Shown here: piece after piece, positions 41,713 through 53,905 of the stretch
Position numbering within the stretch: the first letter of the stretch is position 1
How the letters are laid out: each line of letters starts with the position of its first letter
NCBI GenBank assembly: GCA_964016885.1
Contig: OZ024763.1
Span: forward strand, 28,768,001-28,832,000
DNA: 64,000 nt
DNA from: Eledone cirrhosa
Taxonomy: Eukaryota
Direction: 5' to 3'
Made by a program: the position numbers and the translations under genes
The notes under the pieces: generated by a model
Told to the model about the DNA's origin: nothing
The model's input: only the letters and a program-made list of their open reading frames with translations
Database searches by the model: none

Positions 41713-42612
41713 GAAGATCACAGAAAATTGATTACTCCACTAATAATTATTTTATAAATAGTTGTTCCGTAATTAATTAATTATTTCATTAGTATAACAT
41801 CCCTTGTGAAACAGGTTTATGTTTTGAAGTTCTGCCCGATCTGCTGAAAGGGTTTGAATTTTGAAATTTAAACTTGTCTAGGCACCAGGCAGTTGCCATT
41901 TTACGTCTGTAAGTATAGATTTAATATTTAAAATTCTCTAGATCGATACAGACGGACTATATGTACTTGAATTAAGGTATTTCTATCTGGCTAAAAAATT
42001 ATTGTCATTTTGCAAAAAAAACACAGTAGTGTTGATCATATATTTTTTAATTTTAAATTTCTAAATTGTAATGTAATGCTCAGAAGTATTTTTCTTAGAG
42101 CTTAATGTTTGTAAATGACTACTAAACTGAAATTATCTGCTCCTACGGTCGAGCTGAATACATAATCACATATTCACGGCTGTTATTTCTAGCGCCATGG
42201 ATATGAGCCAGAATGCTGAGAAGGTCGTGTGCAAAAGCACATGTATTAGGCTTGCGACAGATCAGTCTTAAGATACTATCTTAAGAGAAGTGATTTTAAT
42301 TTCTGGGTGCCTGCCGAAGATCACAGAAAATTGATTAATCCACTAATAATTATTTTATAAATAGTTGTTCCGTAATTAATTAATTATTTCATTAGTATAA
42401 CATCCCTTGTGAAACAGGTTTATGTTTTGAAGTTCTGCCCGATCTGCTGAAAAGGTTTGAATTTTGAAATTTAAACTTGTCTAGGCACCAGGCAGTTGCC
42501 ATTTTACGTTTGAATTAAGGTATTTCTATCTGGCTAAAAGATTATTGTCATTTTGCAAAAAAAAACACAGTAGTGTTGAACATATATTTTTTAATTTTTA
42601 ATTTCTAAATTG

Positions 42613-42616
<4 letters not shown>
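41713..42616 (-). mobile_element. Unclassified direct-repeat (1.5-mer) element, probably retrotransposed; one repeat lacks a 60-nt intron
   Basis: Repeats 41713-42072 and 42316-42616 are near-identical except for 41907-41966, which reads GTACAT...CTTACAG on the minus strand; (TA)n on both sides. Confidence 0.7.
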
Positions 42617-42681
<65 letters not shown>

Positions 42682-42707
42682 CATATATATATGTATATAC
42701 ATATATA

Positions 42708-42911
42708 TATCTGGAGATCTCTCTGCATTTGTCGTCACATGGTACCATGGGCCCAGCACTATGTGTCAATAATTGTCACAAGTGTAGTGTTTGTACCAGA
42801 GCTTTCAAGTCGCTGGCTGGACTAAAAAGTCACACTCGTTCAGCGCATCAGTAGGGGTTCTCCTACATGGATATAAAGTAGTGGCCGTACTCGAAAACGA
42901 GTTGGCAGCCA

Positions 42912-42913
<2 letters not shown>
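42708..42913 (+). mobile_element. Second copy of the 30135 dispersed repeat
   Basis: Reverse-complement match over about 205 bp. Confidence 0.7.
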
Positions 42914-42993
<80 letters not shown>

Positions 42994-42997
42994 GTAC

Positions 42998-43070
<73 letters not shown>

Positions 43071-43125
43071 CATACATATATATATACATATATACATATA
43101 TATATATACATACATATATATATAC

Positions 43126-43160
<35 letters not shown>

Positions 43161-43177
43161 CATACATATATATATAC

Positions 43178-43212
<35 letters not shown>

Positions 43213-43315
43213 CATACATATATATATATACATATATATATATACATATATATATATACATATATATATATACATATATATATATACATATATATATATA
43301 CATATATATATATAC

Positions 43316-43346
<31 letters not shown>

Positions 43347-43445
43347 CATACATATATATATATACATATATATATATACATATATATATATACATATATA
43401 TATATACATATATATATATACATATATATATATATACATATATAC

Positions 43446-43492
<47 letters not shown>

Positions 43493-43553
43493 CATATATA
43501 TATATACATATATATATATACATATATATATATACATACATATATATATATAC

Positions 43554-43604
<51 letters not shown>

Positions 43605-43677
43605 CATATATATATATACATATATACATATATACATATATATATATACATATATATATATACATATATATATATAC

Positions 43678-43722
<45 letters not shown>

Positions 43723-43765
43723 CATATATATATATACATATATATATATACATATATATATATAC

Positions 43766-43870
<105 letters not shown>

Positions 43871-43947
43871 TGTGTGTGTGTGTGTGTGTCCTATACATCT
43901 TCTATTTCTTCACCAACCAATACTGATTACTTGGAAATATATATATA

Positions 43948-44080
43948 TAGTTACGTCCCTTTACGATCTGAGTTCAAATCCCGCCGAGGTTGACTTTGCC
44001 TTTCATCCTTACGGGGTCGATAAAATAAAGTACCAGTAATGCACTGGGTAATTTTCTGGCCTTGTGCCTAAAGTAGAAAC

Positions 44081-44085
<5 letters not shown>
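43948..44085 (+). mobile_element. 5'-truncated SINE family 1 copy
   Basis: Matches the consensus from TAGTTACGTCCC to the tail. Confidence 0.85.
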
Positions 44086-44148
<63 letters not shown>

Positions 44149-44151
<3 letters not shown>

Positions 44152-44607
44152 AAGTTTTATTTAAATTGTTGGGTTAACAACGTGTAAATATTTATAACTG
44201 ATATAAAAGCACTCAACAAGTTTTTGGAGTATATTTACGATATTAAATAAATGGAAACTATATTTATAAAACCATATTTATTTCATTATATATATTTCAG
44301 GGATATCATATTAAAAATATGTTATGCCTTCCTCAGACAAAATACAATATAAACAGTCTTATAAATAGATAGATTCGACATACCTTTCAACTTCGACTTC
44401 TATTTGAAAAGTTGATTTGGTAGTACCAAATCAACTTTTCAAATAGAAGTCGAAGTTGAAAGGTATGTCGAATCTATCTATTTATAAGACAGTTTATATT
44501 GTATTTTGTCTGAGGAAGGCATAACATATTTTTAATATGATATCCCTGAAATATATATAATGAAATAAATATGGTTTTATAAATATAGTTTCCATTTATT
44601 TAATATC

Positions 44608-44610
<3 letters not shown>
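44149..44610 (-). mobile_element. Penelope-like pLTR remnant, family E, with a 375-bp palindrome
   Basis: Arms 44236-44422 and 44424-44610 with one visible mismatch and a 1-nt spacer; unique terminal segment 44149-44235; (TA)n flanks. Confidence 0.75.
44503..44566 (+). ncRNA. Minimal type I hammerhead ribozyme (family E); mirror copy on minus at 44280-44343
   Basis: ATTTTGT CTGAGGA [AGG..CATATT-TTT-AATATG..CCT] GAAA T-ATAT-A TA ATGAAAT; stem I includes two GU pairs. Confidence 0.72.
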
Positions 44611-44643
<33 letters not shown>

Positions 44644-44994
44644 ATACTTGGGGAGGCTCATATTTGTGTAATAATTGTTTCTACTTTTGGCACAAGGCCA
44701 GCAATTATCCCAGTGCATTACTGGTATTAATATTGCCAGGATTAATAACAGAACACACTCACTGTTTGGTTGGTTTTCGCTTCTGTGTCTTTTATATCGG
44801 TTAATTTAATTTATTCGGTCCTCAATGTTGCCATTGACTGACCAACGGTCAAAAATACATATAATATAGACACAAACATATATATATAGTCTAACAAAGT
44901 TCTTTCGTTGCGCATCTGCAACATGGTCAGTGGTGCTATTATGTTTCCTCCCCTTGCATTGTATGCCTACGGTTGCATATCAAAAACCTCGCAA

Positions 44995-45060
<66 letters not shown>

Positions 45061-45061
45061 T

Positions 45062-45482
45062 ATGAAGAGAGAAGAAACATTTAGATATAATTAGTAATAA
45101 AATTTATCATACCTAAACTGTTCCTAAATTCCTCGACTACGTAGTTTCGTGGCATAAACAAAAACAATATATCAAAGATATAGAGTCCTTGCGAGGTCTG
45201 CCGACTTATCAAGAGGATACCTCATTTTACTAGTCTCAAGAACGCGTCTACACGACGTGAGAAAGAATCCCAAAAGGCGGAGGGGGAGATAGTCACGCGA
45301 TATAACGGTCGAGAAACAGAGCTAAGCCTCTTATAACCCCGAAGAAAATACCACGGAGGCGGAGGGGGTATTTATATCGAGGCCGTAGAAGAGGTGGTGA
45401 AGAAGGCGAGAAGTATGAGTAATGGAAGCCTTCCAGCTGTCCCCACACTTCAAAGATTGCTCGACCAGAGGGAGTTATTAAC
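45062..45482 (-). mobile_element. Probable Penelope-like remnant, family F, with a degenerate hammerhead at 45131-45216
   Basis: Minus strand: CCTC TTGATAA [long stem II] GAAA C-TACGTA-G TC GAGG; two core substitutions, palindromic loop 3, GUC cleavage triplet. Confidence 0.5.
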
Positions 45483-45722
45483 AATATAATTAGAAACACA
45501 CAGATACATGCGGACACACATATATATATATATATATATCTGTGTGTATGTGTGGTTGAGCAACCCTGTACCCTATGTTTATAAACATACATATATGCAT
45601 GTATTTTAAGCCTGCAATATTATCACAGATACTTGGGTATCAAGCTACGAACTGTGTACACATGTATTTCAGTGTCGTTACACTTCATCAATACTCCGAC
45701 GTATGAAAGATCGTAAATCTTC

Positions 45723-45771
<49 letters not shown>

Positions 45772-45966
45772 TTATTTATTTATATATAATATATATACAC
45801 ATATACGTTTAAACTAGCATATAGGCAAACACACACACAGAAAATGACAAGGAGAAAAAATCCTATATATATATATATACACACATACCATGTATATATA
45901 TATAAAAATTTGTCAGCATTTTCTTTTCCTTTTTACTAATATACATATGTATATATACATTTTTAT

Positions 45967-46118
45967 ATAGGAGGTGAGTTTTATTGTAGTACAATAAAGC
46001 AATGCAGATATCGAATAAGAAGCACTCTACAGTTTGTAGGACTGGAGTATACATAATATATAAGAACAAAAGATGGTTAAAATACATGGAACTCTTTTAA
46101 CCATCTTTTGTTCTTATA
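45967..46118 (-). mobile_element. Family A pLTR terminal fragment with short inverted arm
   Basis: Reverse complement of 10637-10725 followed by forward 10619-10660; contains an extra hairpin TTATTGTAGTACAATAA absent from the 10.7 kb copy. Confidence 0.7.
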
Positions 46119-46204
46119 TATACATTTATATATATAGATAAATGTATACATTTATATATATATAGATACATGTACATATATATACATATATATATATGCA
46201 CATG

Positions 46205-46286
<82 letters not shown>

Positions 46287-46371
46287 TAATTGGAAATCAG
46301 TAAAATCGAATCTCTGGCGGTTTGCAAATAAATTCGGCCTACTTATATGAAGTAAATATATATATATATAT

Positions 46372-46530
46372 AGTGACGAAACATAAGTCAATTGCATGAA
46401 CTCATAATCCTTTATTTACTGCTATATATATTTCGATGATAGCCATTGAATGGCTATGACCTCATCAGGCAGTTAGTCAGTTCTTAGATATGCCAGCTCT
46501 GTGTTTATAGTGTTGATGGTATCAGAGCCT
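46372..46530 (-). mobile_element. Family D pLTR remnant with intact hammerhead at 46418-46473
   Basis: Same core as 19037-19092; stem II contains the perfect hairpin ATAGCCAT-3nt-ATGGCTAT. Confidence 0.75.
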
Positions 46531-46540
46531 ATGTTTTAGT

Positions 46541-46593
46541 CCAGAATTAGCCGTCAAAACGGCTTGAGCTCAGCCGTCTGGGTCCTACTCGTT

Positions 46594-46597
<4 letters not shown>
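46541..46597 (+). mobile_element. Family C fragment abutting the family D copy
   Basis: CAGAATTAGCCGTCAAAACGGCTTGAGCTCAGCCGTCTGGGTCCTACTCGTTCCTA matches 29993-30048. Confidence 0.7.
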
Positions 46598-46644
<47 letters not shown>

Positions 46645-46675
46645 CACGATAAATTAACGGAGGCATAGGCCCTCG

Positions 46676-46714
46676 CTATTCCCTGTAAATAATGTGCTCA
46701 AAGGGGAAGAGAGC
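46676..46714 (-). CDS. Candidate short terminal exon ([12 protein letters not shown])
   Basis: Strong acceptor CTCTCTCTCTGCTGTGTTACCTTTTCAG; the reading frame is uncertain. Confidence 0.25.
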   Translation of the reverse strand, partial: ALFPFEHIIYRE

Positions 46715-46840
46715 CTGAAAAGGTAACACAGCAGAGAGAGAGATAGTGCGTTATCGATAATACAGGGGGAAAAAACCACCAGTGTATGGAATCTATTCAA
46801 CATATATGTATATATATATATATATATATATGTGTATATG

Positions 46841-46937
<97 letters not shown>

Positions 46938-46962
46938 ATATATATATATATATGTGTGTGTA

Positions 46963-47017
<55 letters not shown>

Positions 47018-47042
47018 TTGTATATGTATATATATATATATA

Positions 47043-47225
<183 letters not shown>

Positions 47226-47609
47226 ATATATATATATATATATACAACACATATATATATATATATATACACACATATATATATATATACACATATATAT
47301 ATATATACATACATATATATATATATGTATGTATATATTAAAGGCAATGATGTGGAGAAAAAAATGTTGGCAGTGGTGGAATACAAACTCAGTGCTTGAA
47401 AGGATGAAAGTTTATACTGAAATGTAAATATTCCATCAAATACTTTGTCACACATCAATCCTTTAATGTCAACATGTTTTGGTCATTAGTCTAGACTAAT
47501 GGCATCTAATCTAGATGTTTCTGTCTGTGTGTGATAGCTCACACTTATGCAGGTTTAGCTGGCCTCATCCATTCTGTCCGCCGCCTCCACTTAACCACCT
47601 AGCCAGCAT

Positions 47610-48672
47610 ACCATCCAGCCAGTTACCTAGATATAGAGCCACACAACCACACCACCTCCACCCGACCACCCTGCCAGTTATCAACCCTGCCCTCCATTCA
47701 ATGACCCTGCCCACTAACCAGCCAGTTACCTAGATATAGAGCCACACACCACACCACCTCCACCCGACCACCCTGCCAGTTATCAACCCTGCCCTCCATT
47801 CAATGACCCTGCCCACTAACCAGCCAGTTACCTAGCTATAGAGCCACACAACCACACAGCCCTCCAAGTCAAACTACCATCCACCCGACCACCCTGCCAG
47901 TAATCAGCCCTGCCCTCCACCCAATGACCCTGCCCACTGTCAAACCCTGCCCGCTAACCAGCCAGTTACCTAGCTATAGAGCCACACAACCACACAACCC
48001 TCCAAGCCAAACTGCCATCCACCCGACCACCCTGCCAGTTATCAACCCTGCCCTCCACCCAATGACTCTGCCCACTGTCAAACCCTGCCCGCTAACCAGC
48101 CAGTTACCTAGCTATAGAGCCACACAACCACACAACCCTCCAAGCCAAACTGCCATCCACCCGACCACCCTGCCAGTTATCAACCCTGCCCTCCACCCAA
48201 TGACTCTGCCCACTGTCAAACCCTGCCCGCTAACCAGCCAGTTACCTAGCTATAGAGCCACACAACCACACAACCCTCCAAGCCAAACTGCCATCCACCC
48301 GACCACCCTGCCAGTTATCAACCCTGTCCTCCACCCAATGACCCTGCCCACTGTTAAACCCTGCCCGCTAACCAGCCAGTTACCTAGCTATCGAGCCACA
48401 CAACCACACAGCCCTCCAACCCAAACTGCCATCCACCCGACCACCCTGCCAGTTATCAACCCTGCCCTCCACTCAATGACCCTGCCCGCTGTCAAACCCT
48501 GCCCATTAACCAGCCAGTTACCCAGTTATAGAACCACACAACCCTCCAAGCCAAACTGCCATCCACCCGACCACCCTGCCAGTTATCAACCCTGCCCTCC
48601 ACCCAATGACCCTGCCCACTGTCAAACCCTGCCCGCCAACCAGCCAGTTAGCTAGCTATCGAGCCACACAAC
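47610..48672. repeat. Tandem repeat: two units of about 101-106 bp, then about six 138-bp units
   Basis: CCAGCCAGTTACCTAG..CCACCCGACCACCCTGCCAG..ACCCTGCCC; period 138 (47924 to 48062). Confidence 0.92.
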
Positions 48673-48928
48673 CAGCTAGCTATTGGCCAGCCAGCAAGCC
48701 CTCGGACAGCCTGCTAACTATCTATCCAACCAAATAGATACATAACTATCCAGCCGTCCAGTTAGCTCTATAGCCAGCCAGCTATTTACCCAGTTAGCTA
48801 CTGTGTATAGTCGTAGGTACTGTTTAGAATTTTCCTTTCAGTCTTTGTACAGCAGTAATAATGAGAAAATTAGTTATAGAATCATTAGAAAATCTGACTG
48901 ATAAAATGACAAATCAGTCAATTATATT

Positions 48929-49025
48929 GGTGGCCTCCCCACAGCCCCGGCGGGCAGAATGGAGAAGGCGTTTCCCCGGAGGGAGACGCGCTGGAAAAGC
49001 CATTCCAGCTCGCGAGGCTCACACC
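48929..49025 (+). ncRNA. HDV-like ribozyme remnant (5' P1 strand missing), probably from a LINE 5'UTR
   Basis: P2 GGTG, P3 GCC, L3 TCCCCAC, P3' AGC, P1' CCCGGC, GG, P4 GAATGG/CCATTC enclosing a 9-bp hairpin, C-TCA, P2' CACC. Confidence 0.5.
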
Positions 49026-49032
49026 TGCGGCT

Positions 49033-51158
49033 AGCCAGCTCAGCGCCTATGGTGGTGAGTAGGGAGGTAGCCCTAGGTCCGGGGACACCAGAAGTCTCCA
49101 CTGCTACAGGTAGCCAGGTATGTGCCTATGGTGGTGAGTAAGGAGGTAGCCCTAAAGCCGAGGACACCAGAAGTCTCCACTGCTAGGGATAGCCAGCTCA
49201 GCGCCTATGGTGGTGAGTAAGGAGGTAGCAGCCCTAGGGCCGAGGACACCAGAAGTCTCCACTGCTACAGGTAGCCAGCTCAGCGCCTATGGTGGTGAGT
49301 AGGGAGGTAGCCCTAGGGCCGAGGACACCAGAAGTCTCCACTGCTAGGGGTTGCCAGCTCAGCGCCCGGGTGGTGAGTAGGGAGGTAGCCCTAGAGCCGA
49401 GGACACCAGAAGTCTCCACTGCTAGGGATAGCCAGCTCAGCGCCTATGGTGATGAGTAGGGAGGTAGCCCTAGGGCCGAGGACACCAGAAGTCTCCACTG
49501 CTAGGGGTAGCCAGCTCAGCGCCTATGGTGGTGAGTAGGGAGGTAGCCCTAGGGCCGAGGACACCAGAAGTCTCCACTGCTAGGGGTAGCCAGCTCAGCG
49601 CCTATGGTGGTGAGTAAGGAGGTAGCCCTAGGGCCGAGGACGCCAGAAGTCTCCACTGCTAGGGATAGCCAGCTCAGCGCCTATGGTGGTGAGTAGGGAG
49701 GTAGCCCTAGGGCCGAGGACACCAGAAGTCTCCACTGCTAGGGGTAGCCAGCTCAGCGCCTATGGTGGTGAGTAAGGAGGTAGCCCTAGGGCCGAGGACG
49801 CCAGAAGTCTCCACTGCTAGGGATAGCCAGCTCAGCGCCTATGGTGGTGAGTAGGGAGGTAGCCCTAGGGCCGAGGACACCAGAAGTCTCCACTGCTAGG
49901 GGTAGCCAGCTCAGCGCCTATGGTGGTGAGTAAGGAGGTAGCCCTAGGGCCGAGGACGCCAGAAGTCTCCACTGCTAGGGATAGCCAGCTCAGCGCCTAT
50001 GGTGGTGAGTAGGGAGGTAGCCCTAGGGCCGAGGACACCAGAAGTCTCCACTGCTAGGGGTAGCCAGCTCAGCGCCTATGGTGGTGAGTAAGGAGGTAGC
50101 CCTAGGGCCGAGGACGCCAGAAGTCTCCACTGCTAGGGGTAGCCAGCTCAGCGCCTATGGTGGTGAGTAGGGAGGTAGCCCTAGGGCCGAGGACACCAGA
50201 AGTCTCCACTGCTACAGGTAGCCAGCTCAGTGCCTATGGTGGTGAGTAGGGAGGTAGCCCTAGGGCCGAGGACACCAGAAGTCTCCACTGCTAGGGGTAG
50301 CCAGCTCAGCGCCTATGGTGGTGAGTAAGGAGGTAGCCCTAGGGCCGAGGACGCCAGAAGTCTCCACTGCTAGGAGTAGCCAGCTCAGCGCCTATGGTGG
50401 TGAGTAGGGAGGTAGCCCTAGGGCCGAGGACACCAGAAGTCTCCACTGCTAGGGGTAGCCAGCTCAGCGCCTATGGTGGTGAGTAAGGAGGTAGCCCTAG
50501 GGCCGAGGACGCCAGAAGTCTCCACTGCTAGGGGTAGCCAGCTCAGCGCCTATGGTGGTGAGTAGGGAGGTAGCCCTAGGGCCGAGGACACCAGAAGTCT
50601 CCACTGCTAGGGGTAGCCAGCTCAGCGCCTATGGTGGTGAGTAAGGAGGTAGCCCTAGGGCCGAGGACGCCAGAAGTCTCCACTGCTAGGGGTAGCCAGC
50701 TCAGCGCCTATGGTGGTGAGTAGGGAGGTAGCCCTAGGGCCGAGGACACCAGAAGTCTCCACTGCTAGGGGTAGCCAGCTCAGCGCCTATGGTGGTGAGT
50801 AAGGAGGTAGCCCTAGGGCCGAGGACGCCAGAAGTCTCCACTGCTAGGGGTAGCCAGCTCAGCGCCTATGGTGATGAGTAAGGAGGTAGCCCTAGGGCCG
50901 AGGACACCAGAAGTCTCCACTGCTAGGGGTAGCCAGCTCAGCACCTTTGGTGGTGAGTAGGGAGGTAGCCCTAGGACCGAGGACACCAGAAGTCTCCACT
51001 GCTAGGGGTTGCCAGCTCAGCGCCCGGGTGGTGAGTAGGGAGGTAGCCCTAGGACCGAGGACACCAGAAGTCTCCACTGCTAGGGGTAGCCAGCTCAGCG
51101 CCTATGGTGATGAGTAAGGAGGTAGCCCTAGGGTCGAGGACACCAGAAGTCTCCACTG
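49033..51158. repeat. 79-bp GC-rich satellite, about 27 copies, with 158-bp dimeric structure
   Basis: Unit GCCAGCTCAGCGCCTATGGTGGTGAGTA(G/A)GGAGGTAGCCCTAGGGCCGAGGAC(A/G)CCAGAAGTCTCCACTGCTAGGGGTA. Confidence 0.97.
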
Positions 51159-51476
51159 TCAAGGGTACATCCGCAAACCTGTCGGAGAGCGACCGGTATT
51201 TGAAGAGTTAGCTACTTATCCACTCAATTAGCTAGCTATTTAGCCATTCATCCAACTAGCTATATAGTCAGCCAGCCAGTGTGCCCACAGGCCAGCCAGC
51301 TACTCGGCCTGCTATCTAACGAGGGACCAGCCAGCTAGCCCGTCGGTCATTCAACCAGTCAAATATCAAGATCTATATCAAAGGTGTTACCCTGTGTGTG
51401 GTCTTGTAATAAGGATGGAGTGTGGCAGTTCAGCTTGCTACCCTGAACTTTAAGGAGGATATCTGTGTGTGTGTGC

Positions 51477-51528
<52 letters not shown>

Positions 51529-51579
51529 AGATACATACAGATTCTTGTGACATATATATATATACATATTTATGTATGT

Positions 51580-51787
51580 GATGATGATAATGGCTGCCCC
51601 CTCGTTATCGAGTATGGCCATTGCACGATATAACATCATTACTAATTATCGTTTAATGCTATCGTGCAATGCCTGTGCGTGAAGATTTTTTTTAAAGTGA
51701 GGAAATACTGTGCACTGAGCCAATCCCACTCTCTGGGCGACAGTAGCTATATCTCGAAAAGAAGAAAAGATCAACATCAGCGGTATC
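51580..51787 (-). mobile_element. Old RTE-like 3' end fragment
   Basis: (GAT)n tail then GGCTGCCCCCTCGTTATCGAGTATGGCC hairpin; partial homology to 30135-30440. Confidence 0.5.
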
Positions 51788-51861
51788 TATTTATGTATGT
51801 ATATATATGTATACATACATAAATATATATATGCATACAACATAAATATATATATATATAT

Positions 51862-51939
<78 letters not shown>

Positions 51940-52065
51940 GTATTTAAATATATATATATATATATATGCATATAAATACATATATATATATATATTTATA
52001 TATATGCATATAAATATATATATATATATATACATAGTTATGTATGTATATATATACAGTATATA

Positions 52066-52114
<49 letters not shown>

Positions 52115-52829
52115 GTGTTTATATATGTATATTATATGTGTGAATATATAATGTATATATTTATAAATACATGTATAATGTATATATATATACATACACA
52201 CATATACATATATATATACACACACACACACACACCCACATGCATATACACAAAAGAAACCAAACCTGATAAGGTATCAAGTTTTGTTAAATAGATTTAA
52301 AGATTTAGATATATGGTGATAATATACAGGATTACTAGATAACTCTAAATACCAATATATATTACAAACACTTTCAATATATTTATATATAGCTAGCTTG
52401 TGTATATAGGTGGCTTAATAGATAGTGGGGTTGGTTTACGGTTGGAAGGTCTTGAGTTCGATTCCTTCTCGTCCTATGTGTCCTTGTTTTGGAGCAAGAG
52501 AGTTTATTTCACTCAGTTGACGAAAAATAAAAATTATTTTTCTTCTTTTTATTTGCCTTCTTCTTTTTTGGCTTCTTCTTCTTCTTCTTCTTCTTTCTTT
52601 TTCTTTTTCTTTTTCTTCTTCTTTGCCTTCTTCCTCTTTGCCTTCTTCTTCTTTGCCTTCTTTGCCTTCTTTGCCTTCTTTGCCTTCTTCGCCTTCTTTG
52701 CCTTCTTCGCCTTCTTTGCCTTCTTCGCCTTCTTCTTCTTCTTCTTCTTCTTCTTCTTCTTCTTCTTCTTCTTCTTCTTCTTTGTTATTATTTGTTTTGA
52801 GAACAAAACCTTAACGTCAGTATGAATGA

Positions 52830-53735
52830 AAGGTTACAGCCGGTTTGAACTGAAATAGGTGAGAAAATTCTCGCCGGTTACAACCGCTATAAACTGGAAA
52901 AGGTGAGATAATTCTGGCCGGTTACAACCAGTTTAAACAGGAAGAGGAGAGAATTCTGGCCGGTTACAGCCGGTTTGAACAGAAAGAAGGGAAAGAATTC
53001 CGGCTGGTTACATCTGAAAGAGGTGAGATAATTCTGGCCGGTTACAGCCGGTTTGAACTGAAAGAAGGGAAAGAATTCCGGCTGGTTACATCTGAAAGAG
53101 GTGAGATAATTCTAGCCGGTTACAGCCGGTTTGAACTGAAAGAAGTGAAAGAATTCCGGCTGGTTACATCTGAAAGAGGTGAGAGAATTCTGGCCGGTTA
53201 CAGCCGGTTTGAACTGAAAGTGGTGACAGAATTCCGGCTGGTTACAGCTGAAAGAGGTGAGAGGATTCTGGCCGGTCACGGCCGGTTTGAAACGAAAGTG
53301 GTGACAGAATTCCGGCTGGTTACAGCTGAAAGAGGTGAGAGAATTCTGGCCGGTTACAGCCGGTTTGAAATGAAAGTCGTGACAGAATTCCGGCTGGTTA
53401 CAGCTGAAAGAGGTGAGAGAATTCTGGCCGGTTACAGCCGGTTTGAACTGAAAGTGGTGACAGAATTCCGGCTGGTTACAGCTGAAAGAGGTGAGAGAAT
53501 TCTGGCCGGTTACAGCCGGTTTGAACTGAAAGTGGTGACAGAATTCCGGCTGGTTAAAGCTGAAAGAGGTGAGAGAATTCTGGCCGGTTACAGCCGGTTT
53601 GAAACGAATGTGGTGACAGAATTCTGGCCGGTTACAGCCGGTTTGAAACGAATGTGGTGACAGAATTCTGGCCGGTTACAGCCGGTTTGAAACGAAAGTG
53701 GTGACAGAATTCCGGCTGGTTACAGCCGGTTTAAA
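52830..53735. repeat. 78-bp minisatellite made of two related subunits
   Basis: GAATTCTGGCCGGTTACAGCCGGTTTGAA.. alternating with GAATTCCGGCTGGTTACA.CTGAAAGAGGTGAGA. Confidence 0.93.
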
Positions 53736-53771
53736 TACTAACAGATTAAGTTGTTCATAGATAGAGTTCAA

Positions 53772-53905
53772 GTTACGTTCCTTTACGATCTGAGTTCAAA
53801 TCCCGCCGAGGTTGACTTTGCCTTTCATCCTTACGGGGTCGATAAAATTAAGTACCAGTAATGCACCGGGTAATTGCTGGCCTTGTGCCTAAAGCAGAAA
53901 CAATA
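53772..53905 (+). mobile_element. 5'-truncated SINE family 1 copy
   Basis: Matches the 3' two-thirds of the consensus. Confidence 0.85.

Noticed and set aside
52549-52806. Lys/Ala-rich (KKA)n ORF resembling histone H1 or a protamine-like protein
   Set aside because: Derived from an interrupted (TTC)n microsatellite; no globular domain or proper start.
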